Part shown: piece after piece, positions 56,771-64,000 of the stretch | Position numbering within the stretch: the stretch's first letter is position 1 | How the letters are laid out: the number at the start of each line of letters is the position of its first letter | Origin: Planctomycetota bacterium | Lineage (GTDB): Bacteria; Planctomycetota; UBA1135; UBA2386 | Direction of reading: 5' to 3' | DNA: 64,000 nucleotides | Assembly (NCBI GenBank): GCA_965223545.1 | Contig: OZ245006.1 | Span: 2,176,001-2,240,000 of the forward strand | The notes under the pieces: model-generated | Told to the model about the DNA's origin: nothing | Database searches by the model: none | Seen by the model: only the letters and a program-made list of their open reading frames with translations | Made by a program: the position numbers and the translations under genes

Positions 56771-56900
56771 CGGAACACCGGCAGGGCCCACCCGCGTCCC
56801 AGGAGTGCGATCGACGGGAGCATCCGCTCCCGTTTGCTCTCTCCAAACGTGAGGTTGTTCCGGGTTCGTCGAACCACCGGCGTCCATGACGCGGCCCTGT
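56771..56900. ncRNA. Candidate structured non-coding element
   Basis: Several stems in a 340-bp gap between convergent genes. No family recognised. Confidence 0.25.
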
Positions 56901-57084
56901 CCAAGAGGGGTCTTGACAGTGGGTGCAATGCCCAGCCGCGCCGCCGGTGGCCGCGACAGTCAGTGACCCGCAACCACACCATCTCCGCGCGGAAGTGCGA
57001 GCCGCGCGGCGAGTCCTCTCCAACAGCGAGGCGTGTCGTCCATGCAGACACGCCTCGCGCCTTTTAACCGCGGCGCGTGCGCGG

Positions 57085-57426
57085 TCAGCGACGCGGCGCG
57101 CTGAGGTCGTAGGACTCCTTCAGCCCCTTGGCCCAGATCGATTTGGGCAGCGGCTTCTCCGCCGTGAAGCGCGCGGTGACCCAAGACGTCGAGCCGACCC
57201 CGAAGCGGTCGGGCTGGGTCTCGGCCAGCTCGGCGGCGCGCGCGCGCGAGCGCTCCAGCTTGAACATCGCCTTGAAGCCCTGCCCCTTCGGCCCGGGACC
57301 GAGGTACAGGAATGCGTTCTTGCCGACCTTGAACGCGCGCTGGTTGCACGACGTGCTCTCGGTGACGTCGGGCATGGCTCCCGCCTGGTCGGCGATCGCA
57401 GCGAGCGGGTCGGCGGCACGCGGCAT
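57085..57426 (-). CDS. MmcQ/YjbR-family protein
   Basis: AFKVGKNAFLY, MFKL, WVT and ESYDL pattern. Confidence 0.7.
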   Translation of the reverse strand: MPRAADPLAAIADQAGAMPDVTESTSCNQRAFKVGKNAFLYLGPGPKGQGFKAMFKLERSRARAAELAETQPDRFGVGSTSWVTARFTAEKPLPKSIWAKGLKESYDLSAPRR

Positions 57427-57584
57427 GGCGGCAGTACATCACCTCACGAGGACGGCGACAAGCCGCCCCACAGCCCGTCCGCGCTCGGTTGCCGACATCT
57501 CGTTGCGGCTCGACGCAATCACACGTTGTGAGATTCCGCGCAGCGCACGCGCGACGGCGGGAACAGAATCGGCAAAGAGACCGC

Positions 57585-59741
57585 ATGCCGACCCAGCTCA
57601 CCCTACGCATCCTGGCCGGGACCCTGCTCGCCGCCAACTTCGTCGTCGCGCAACCGAGCGAGTGGCGGCGACAGGCCTTCCTCGACGCGACGGGCAACGG
57701 GTCGCTGTCGTTCGACCGCGCGCGGGGGCGACTGGTGTCCTACGTCCACGGCCGCGCCGGCGGGGACTTGTGGGAGCTGGGCAGTGGCACGTGGACGTTG
57801 CGCGCCACGGCCGGCCCCCGCGTCGCCAGCTACCCCGGCGACACTGCCTACGACGAGGACCGGCGCGAGGTCGTGCACGTGACGGTCGGCGAGACCTGGC
57901 TGTGGAACGGCGTTGCCTGGCGACAGGCAACGCTGTCGAAGCCGATGCCCACAGCGCTCGGCATCACCATGCCGATGGCCTACGACGCGGCGCGGCGCAC
58001 GCTGGTGCTGGTCGACGAGAACAGCGCGACCTGGGGCTGGGACGGCACCGACTGGCAGCTGCTCGGCAACGCCGGTCCACCTGCGCGGCGACGGACGGCG
58101 CTCGCCTACGACCGCGCGCGGCAGCGCGTGGTGCTGTTCAGCGGCTACTTGGCCGCCGGACGCTCGCTGCGCGACACGTGGGAATGGGACGGAACCCGCT
58201 GGACCGAGCGACGTCCGACCACGTCACCGCCAGAACGCCACTTCCACGCGATGGCGTACGACGACGCGCGCGGCGTCGTCGTGCTGTTCGGCGGCGCCGA
58301 CAACCGGTTCCAGCTGCGCGGTGACACCTGGGAGTGGGACGGGACCGAGTGGCGGGAACGGCCGACCGCAGTCGCGCCCACCCCGCGGCGCAACCCTCGC
58401 CTGGCCTACGACGACCGGCGCCGAAGGGTCGTCCTGTTCGAGTCGCCATCGGGACCCGGCACCTGCTCCGGGCGGCAGAACTGCTACGAGGAACGCCACT
58501 GGGAGTGGGACGGCGCCGAGTGGACCAAGCGCATCACCGCTGCGCTGCCACCCGCGATCGTCTCGATTGCGCAGGACGTCGCCCGCCGCCGGGTCGTCGC
58601 CCTGGGCGCGCGCTACCCGGGGGCCCTGCAACAACGGACGTGGGTGTGGGACGGGTTCGGCTGGTCGCCGGCGCCCTCGGGTGTCGAGCCCACCGGCGTT
58701 CCGGTGCTCTGCACCAATGCGCAGGGACAAGGCGTTCTTCACTACGACGGGACCGAGACTTGGACCCTCGACGGCGGCGAGTGGCAACGCCACTCCCTGG
58801 CGTCGGCGCCGCGTTCGCGCGATCGACACCAGATGGCATTCGACCCCACCACCGGCTTGGTGGTGATGTTCGGCGGCCGCACGCCCGCTGGCACTCCGCT
58901 CGGCGATACTTGGGAGTGGAACGGCTCCCAATGGCGCGCTCGCAGTCCCACGACACCACCGCCACCCACCCACTCGGCCGCCATGGCGTACGACCCCCAG
59001 TTGGGGGGAGTGCTACTGGTGATCCCATCCGGCGCGACGTGGCTTTGGGCCAACGGCAGCTGGCGACTGGTCGACGCGTCCTCGCTGCCGTCCACCCGCC
59101 AGGAGGACGTCGCGATGTTCGACGAGGCGCGCGGCCAGCCGGTGCTCGTCAGTCGCTACGACTCGCCGTTCGTCGCCGACGACACGCTGGCTTGGAACGG
59201 CCAGCGCTGGCAGCCGGTCCAACCCTCGGGCTTCGTCCACTCACAGACGATCCAACGGCTGACGACCCTGGCGTTCGACCCGGTCCGCAACCGCTTGATG
59301 TCCAGCCACGCGGCGCCGGACGTCTGGTTCCTCGGCGCGGGCGCGCTCGCCACCCACACCGCCTATGGCGGCGGCTGCGGCCAAGCGCCCCCCATCCTCG
59401 CTTGGTTCGGCGAGCCGGCGTTCGCCCGCGAGGAGTTCGCCATCGACATCGTCCGCGCCGCCGCCAATCAACCGGCGCTGTTCCTGCTCGGCCCGCTCAC
59501 GGCCAGCATTCCCTGGCCCACCGGCACGAACTGCACGCTGCTGGTCGACCCGCGGGCCGGCGGCGCCGTCGTCGCCCCGGCCATCACCAACGCGCACGGC
59601 TTCGCCTCGATCTCGACGTCGATCCCGACCAGGACCAGCCTGCTCGGCGCACCCCTGACCACCCAGGGCATCGTCTTGGATCCGGCGTCCGCGGGAGGCC
59701 TCGCGATGACCGGCGGAATCCACGGCACGCTCGGCTTCTGA
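57585..59741 (+). CDS. Secreted Kelch-like (DTWEWDG) repeat protein with the shared C-terminal domain
   Basis: Signal peptide ending VVAQ and many AMAYD..R..VVLFGG...DTWEWDG..W repeats. Confidence 0.88.
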   Translation: MPTQLTLRILAGTLLAANFVVAQPSEWRRQAFLDATGNGSLSFDRARGRLVSYVHGRAGGDLWELGSGTWTLRATAGPRVASYPGDTAYDEDRREVVHVTVGETWLWNGVAWRQATLSKPMPTALGITMPMAYDAARRTLVLVDENSATWGWDGTDWQLLGNAGPPARRRTALAYDRARQRVVLFSGYLAAGRSLRDTWEWDGTRWTERRPTTSPPERHFHAMAYDDARGVVVLFGGADNRFQLRGDTWEWDGTEWRERPTAVAPTPRRNPRLAYDDRRRRVVLFESPSGPGTCSGRQNCYEERHWEWDGAEWTKRITAALPPAIVSIAQDVARRRVVALGARYPGALQQRTWVWDGFGWSPAPSGVEPTGVPVLCTNAQGQGVLHYDGTETWTLDGGEWQRHSLASAPRSRDRHQMAFDPTTGLVVMFGGRTPAGTPLGDTWEWNGSQWRARSPTTPPPPTHSAAMAYDPQLGGVLLVIPSGATWLWANGSWRLVDASSLPSTRQEDVAMFDEARGQPVLVSRYDSPFVADDTLAWNGQRWQPVQPSGFVHSQTIQRLTTLAFDPVRNRLMSSHAAPDVWFLGAGALATHTAYGGGCGQAPPILAWFGEPAFAREEFAIDIVRAAANQPALFLLGPLTASIPWPTGTNCTLLVDPRAGGAVVAPAITNAHGFASISTSIPTRTSLLGAPLTTQGIVLDPASAGGLAMTGGIHGTLGF

Positions 59742-59809
59742 CCGGCGCCCACCGCCCGCAGTCGCGGACCCGAGCCTCACTCGAGAATCGAAACCGTGGG
59801 CGTGCTCGT

Positions 59810-60343
59810 CAGCACCGATCCGCGATCCAGGACACCGCGCGCAGCGATCACGCGATGGAGTTCGATGCGATCTCGGGCAGCCTGGTCCTGGTCGGCGGCG
59901 ACACGGTGCAGACCTTCACCGGCGACGCCTGGTTGTGGACCCCGACGCCGGCAGCCGCGCTGGCGACCGGGCCCGGTTGCAGCGGTCTCGGCGCTCCACC
60001 CAGTTTGGCCACCCTCGGCGCTCCGCTGGTCGGCCAGCGGCGCTTCACGCTGGACATCAACGGCGCGTCGGCATCGGTGCCGGGGTGCCTTGCCATCGCG
60101 GCCGGACCGGGCTCCTCTTCGATGGGTCCTGCATGCACCCTCTGGCTCGACCCAAGCACACTCGTCGCTGGCTGGCCCCTCACGACGACGGCGTTCGGGT
60201 TCTCGTCACTGACTTTGAGGCTGCCGCCGCTCACCAGCCTGCTCGGTGCGCGGCTGTTCGCGCAGTCGGCGACGATCGAGGCCGGCGCAACGAGCAACGG
60301 GATCGCGCTGAGCAACGCGATGCAGTTGACGCTGGGGAACTGA
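59810..60343 (+). pseudogene. 5'-truncated paralog of the upstream Kelch-like gene (last repeat plus C-terminal domain)
   Basis: RSDHAMEFD..LVLVGG..GDAWLW followed by GPGC...ALSNAMQLTLGN. No signal peptide; possible ATG at 59855. Confidence 0.6.
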
Positions 60344-60358
60344 CGCGCGGCCCCGGCC

Positions 60359-61267
60359 TCAAGCGTCGATGCGCCGGTAGGCCGCCAACAGCGCCGCCAG
60401 GCCTTCCTCACCCGCCTTGCTCGCCCCGTGCTCCATGCCGATGATCCCGTCGTAGCCCTGCGCGCGCAGCCACCGCGTCAGCGCGACGTAATCGACCTTG
60501 CCGGTCCCCGGCTCCTTGCGGCCGGGTGACGCCCCGTACTGCACGTAGCTGACTTGGTCCCAGACCTGCTCGGCGTTCTCGATCAGCCGCTCGCGGTGAC
60601 CGATCTGTGCTTCGTGGAAGAAGTCGGCCAGCAGTTTGCACGACGGGCGCTCGACCAGCGAGCACAGCAGGTGGCCATCGGCGAACGACCGCAGCAGTGG
60701 CGGGCCGCCGGCGATGCCGTGTGACAGCGGCTCCAGCGCCAAGATGATGCCGTGCTCCTCGACGACGTCGCAACAGCGGCGCATCAGGTCGACCGCGCCC
60801 TCGATCTGCTTCTCGCGCGGTGCCGACTCGTCGCGCGGCCCGGGGATCATCGTCATGTTGGTCTGCCCAGTGCGCTTGACGAACTCGACCCCCTTGCGCA
60901 TGTCGGCGAGCACCTTGTCGGCGCCCTCCTCACCGGGCTCGTAGAAGCGCACCCCCTGGCCGCCGCTGATCACGGTCACGCCCAGGTGCATCTTCTTGTC
61001 CTTGCAGAACTCGGCGACCTGCTCGTGGACTTCCGGCTCCTGTCGGATCAACCAGTTCTCTTCCCAGGCGCGGAAGCCCAAGTCGTAGGCGAACTGCAGC
61101 TGCGGCACGAAGCCCTCGGGCGCCGTCGGCAGCAGGTTCAAGTGCGGCGCGAACTTGGCTGCGAAGGGTTCCGTCGCCATCGCGGCCGGGCCGGGTCGGC
61201 GATGGAGGTCCGCCGCCACCGCGGCCAACGATCCACCCGCGAACTTGCAGAAAGTGCGTCGGTCCAT
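60359..61267 (-). CDS. Tat-exported hydroxypyruvate isomerase / xylose-isomerase-like TIM barrel protein
   Basis: MDRRTF Tat motif, LEPLS, KLLADFFH, PGRKEPGTG and GMEH. Confidence 0.85.
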   Translation of the reverse strand: MDRRTFCKFAGGSLAAVAADLHRRPGPAAMATEPFAAKFAPHLNLLPTAPEGFVPQLQFAYDLGFRAWEENWLIRQEPEVHEQVAEFCKDKKMHLGVTVISGGQGVRFYEPGEEGADKVLADMRKGVEFVKRTGQTNMTMIPGPRDESAPREKQIEGAVDLMRRCCDVVEEHGIILALEPLSHGIAGGPPLLRSFADGHLLCSLVERPSCKLLADFFHEAQIGHRERLIENAEQVWDQVSYVQYGASPGRKEPGTGKVDYVALTRWLRAQGYDGIIGMEHGASKAGEEGLAALLAAYRRIDA

Positions 61268-61358
61268 GCTCGCCAGTTGACCACGGCGGCTCCCGATCCC
61301 CGCACGAGATCGAGAAATGGCGGCCGACGCGCTGGTGTAGAGCTGTCCGGCGCCTCGC

Positions 61359-62069
61359 CTACTCGCCGGTGATCCCATACCGAGCGAGAAACCGGGGGAC
61401 CGCCGCCTCGATGATGGCGCGTTTCAGGCGAAGGGCTTGCTCGACGGCAACCCCCCCCGGCTCATCCCGCAGGTCGCGGTCGATCGGCGCGTGGGTCACG
61501 ACGTCTCGCAGTGGCTCGGAGAGGAACTCGCTCCACGCACCGGACGGGACATCGACCAGGACGAACCGCAGCTGGACCTCGGTGGTCAGCTCGGCATCAT
61601 CGAGATTCCAACCGAGCACCGGCACCCAGGACACCCACGTCCCGCGGGTGGCGCGATCCTCCGATCGGAGTCGCCCCCACACGCACAGCACGCGGCCGAT
61701 CCCGGCCTGAGCAGCAGCTTGTCGAATCGGCGTCGTCATCTCGCCGTCCACGGGCGGAAGGCCGGAGAACGTCGTCACCTCGAGTGGCCCGCCGAGCGCG
61801 CCGACCAGCTCCGGGTCGGGCACCCTCGCCCCCGACTGGATCAGCATCACTCGATCGCCGGCGTGCAACGTCGGCGGAGCCAATGGCGCGGTCCCGGCCC
61901 AACCCGGCGCCAGCCGGCCCGGATCGAGGACCTGCGCCTCGGTCAGCTCCCCGCGATACTCCTCGCTCCCCCACAGAATGCTCGGGTCGGAATAGGATGC
62001 CGTCCCACAGGCCGCCGTCACGATCAGCAAGGCGCAAAGAGACACACCACCAATGGGTTGAAGATTCAT
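61359..62069 (-). CDS. Hypothetical lipoprotein
   Basis: Lipobox TAAC, LIQSGARVPD, WVPVLGW and LVDV. Confidence 0.65.
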   Translation of the reverse strand: MNLQPIGGVSLCALLIVTAACGTASYSDPSILWGSEEYRGELTEAQVLDPGRLAPGWAGTAPLAPPTLHAGDRVMLIQSGARVPDPELVGALGGPLEVTTFSGLPPVDGEMTTPIRQAAAQAGIGRVLCVWGRLRSEDRATRGTWVSWVPVLGWNLDDAELTTEVQLRFVLVDVPSGAWSEFLSEPLRDVVTHAPIDRDLRDEPGGVAVEQALRLKRAIIEAAVPRFLARYGITGE

Positions 62070-62194
62070 CGAACTCCTTGTCTTGAACAGTGCTCGAAGC
62101 TAGCTGGCATCGGCACCTCGCTTTGGACGTTTGCGCGAAGCGCATCGCTTCGCCCACCGAATCGATAGCCTCATCGCCGACGCCCCTCCGCGCC

Positions 62195-62971
62195 ATGCAC
62201 GTCACCCCCCTCGCCTCCGGCAGCGCCGGAAACGCCACTCTCGTCGCCAGCGGCCGCACGCGCATCCTCATCGACTGCGGCCTGCCGCGAACCGAGCTCG
62301 AGGCGCGCCTCGAACAACTCGGCGTCAGGCCGCGCGGTATCCACGCAATCTTTCTGAGCCACCGCCACCGCGACCACATCCGCGGCACCACCGAGTTTGC
62401 CGCCAGGCATCGCATCGCGATCCGCGGCAGCCGGCGCACGGTGCGGTCGATCGGCAGCGAGGCGCGCCGTCGCGTGCACCTGCTCGCCGTCGGCGGTGAG
62501 ACCCGCATCGGTGACCTCCGCGTGCGCAGCTTCGCCCTGCCACATGACGCGCCGGAAACCGTCGGCTACCGGGTCTGGGATCGGGACACCGTGCTCGGCC
62601 ACGCCACGGACCTCGGCTCTTGGGACGACGGGGTCCGCGACGGGCTTGTCCGCTGCCACGTCGTGCTGCTCGAGTTCAACCACGACGTAGAGCTGCTGGC
62701 GCGCAGCGCCGACCCGCCGCGGCTCCGCGCGCGGATCGCCTCGCCCCGAGGCCACTTGAGCAACACGGACGCCGGCAGCCTGCTGGACGCCATCAAGTGG
62801 CCGGGGCTCCGGCTGGTGTTCGTCGCCCACATCTCACGGCGCAACAACACACCGGAACGCGCGCTCGCAGCGGCACGGGCGGCCGTCGGCCCCGAACCGC
62901 AGATCGTTGTCGCGAGACAGGATCGACCGACCGCGACCGCGCGCTTCGAGGCGGTGCGCGGACCCGCCTAA
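62195..62971 (+). CDS. MBL-fold metallohydrolase (YycJ/WalJ-like)
   Basis: ASGSAGN, LIDCG, SHRHRDH, PHDA, TDLG, EFNHD, GHLSN and AHIS. Confidence 0.9.
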   Translation: MHVTPLASGSAGNATLVASGRTRILIDCGLPRTELEARLEQLGVRPRGIHAIFLSHRHRDHIRGTTEFAARHRIAIRGSRRTVRSIGSEARRRVHLLAVGGETRIGDLRVRSFALPHDAPETVGYRVWDRDTVLGHATDLGSWDDGVRDGLVRCHVVLLEFNHDVELLARSADPPRLRARIASPRGHLSNTDAGSLLDAIKWPGLRLVFVAHISRRNNTPERALAAARAAVGPEPQIVVARQDRPTATARFEAVRGPA

Positions 62972-63468
62972 TCGTCCGGCCGCCAAACGAAGACGCCCCG
63001 CTGGCCGGGGGTCTCCTCTACACCGACGCGCAGCTCCTCCAGCCGAACGCTCGGGAACTGCTCGCCGATGCGGCGCTGGATCTCCCGTCCGATCCAACCC
63101 GCGAGATTCTCGGCGCTGGTGTTGTTGATCGGCAGCACGAGGACGTCCTCGGCCGGGATCGAGTAATGGCGATCCCGATAGCGGATCTCGATCTGCCCGC
63201 TGTCCGTCGCGATGCGGTGCGTCAGCTCGGCGTGCTGGCCGGGGATCAGCAAACGCTCGTCGAGCTCGTCGCACAGGGTCCGCACCAGCGGCTTGATCTG
63301 CTTGAAGTTGAGCACCAGGCCGTGGCCATCGAGGCCCGACTGCACGGCGACGTAGACCTTGTAGTTGTGGCCGTGCAGCCGCTCGGCGGTGCCGTCGGGA
63401 AAAATCAAGAAGTGCGCCGCACTGAACTTGAGGTAGTCCTTGTGAACTTCGATCGACCAGCGTTCCAT
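62968..63468 (-). CDS. queD: 6-pyruvoyl/6-carboxy-tetrahydropterin synthase family protein
   Basis: FSAAHF, ERLHGHNY, TSAENLA and VEET. Confidence 0.8.
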   Translation of the reverse strand: MERWSIEVHKDYLKFSAAHFLIFPDGTAERLHGHNYKVYVAVQSGLDGHGLVLNFKQIKPLVRTLCDELDERLLIPGQHAELTHRIATDSGQIEIRYRDRHYSIPAEDVLVLPINNTSAENLAGWIGREIQRRIGEQFPSVRLEELRVGVEETPGQRGVFVWRPDD

Positions 63469-63500
63469 GGCATGCGCCCGCGAAGAGAAGGCCGCCCACC

Positions 63501-63836
63501 ATGGACTTGGCGCACGTCCCGTTCAAGTCCACACGATACCCAGGCGTGTGGATTCACTTCTTCCACTCCGACCGCGAGACCGGCAACGCCGCGGTCATGA
63601 TCAAGATGGAGCCGGGCTGCAGCTATCCGCGCCACCGGCACCGCGGCACCGAGGAGCTGCTGATCCTCCAGGGCGGTTATCGCGACGAGCGCGGTGAGTA
63701 CCGGGCCGGCGAGTACGTCCGCTACGAGGACGGCAGCAGTCACCACCCGGTGGCCCTCGCCGGCGAAGACTGTGTGTTCTTCGCGATCTCCGCCGAAGGC
63801 ATCGAGCTCTTCGACGGAGATCCGGCCACCGATTAG
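63501..63836 (+). CDS. ChrR-like cupin protein
   Basis: PGCSYPRHRHRGTEELLILQG..D...GS.H.P. Confidence 0.85.
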   Translation: MDLAHVPFKSTRYPGVWIHFFHSDRETGNAAVMIKMEPGCSYPRHRHRGTEELLILQGGYRDERGEYRAGEYVRYEDGSSHHPVALAGEDCVFFAISAEGIELFDGDPATD

Positions 63837-63842
63837 CCCGCG

Positions 63843-64000
63843 CTACTGCACGCGGATCAGCATGTGGTCGATGTACAAGCGGTCCTTGCGCTTGCCGTTT
63901 TCCTGGTTGGTGTCGGTCGCCCGCACCATCACGGTGCCACCCGCGGTACCGATCGGCTCCGTCTCGTAGGTCCCGTCATCGCTGGTCCGCGACACGGTGA
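63843..64000 (-). CDS. C-terminal fragment of a gene entering from beyond the window (probably a secreted protein domain)
   Basis: Open frame ...GTVMVRATDTNQENGKRKDRLYIDHMLIRVQ* ending at TAG 63843. Confidence 0.6.
   Translation of the reverse strand, partial: TVSRTSDDGTYETEPIGTAGGTVMVRATDTNQENGKRKDRLYIDHMLIRVQ

Noticed and set aside
56863..56876. GGTTCG suggesting a tRNA T-arm
   Set aside because: No cloverleaf, acceptor stem or D-arm could be built around it.
57585..59741. DNA-level repeats in the Kelch-like and FG-GAP genes
   Set aside because: They are explained by ordinary protein repeat motifs and are degenerate at synonymous positions.
144..63969. Many long overlapping ORFs in the track (e.g. 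9331..11280, 25344..27371, 32336..34570, 42020..44491, 55102..57051)
   Set aside because: They are antisense or alternate-frame shadows of well-supported genes, typical of high-GC DNA, with Arg/Ala/Pro-rich translations and no motifs.

Overview
A 64-kb, very GC-rich and densely coding bacterial chromosome segment. A Planctomycetota-like origin is inferred from the FG-GAP/ASPIC-UnbV protein, the ValS insertions and the many secreted proteins. Most of it is housekeeping or envelope genes: an FlhG/MinD-like ATPase, ruvC, ispD-ispF, an MsbA-like ABC exporter, PPIases, a wzm-wzt-SGNH-sulfotransferase polysaccharide export cluster, rnhB, a B12 radical SAM enzyme, an O-antigen-ligase/TPR protein, valS, hslO, mutM, recC-recB-recD, transporters and queD. 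I saw no tRNA, rRNA, CRISPR array or transposase. Five observations stand out. (1) A 393-bp mosaic of two types of palindromic unit (A-B-A'-B), bounded by CTGAGC/GCTCAG, is inserted in frame at the predicted signal-peptide cleavage site of the ASPIC/UnbV gene. (2) An apparent tusA-dsrE2-dsrE operon ends in a hybrid histidine kinase with no sensor domain, suggesting sulfur-relay-coupled signalling. (3) There is a THUMP-less, archaeal/eukaryal-type Pus10 in this bacterium. (4) Five otherwise unrelated secreted proteins share a ~110-aa C-terminal domain, and predicted signal peptides almost always end before Gln. (5) A perfect 52-bp-arm REPIN-like palindrome has a solo half-copy 20 kb away. All product calls come from motif recognition by eye; no database search was run.
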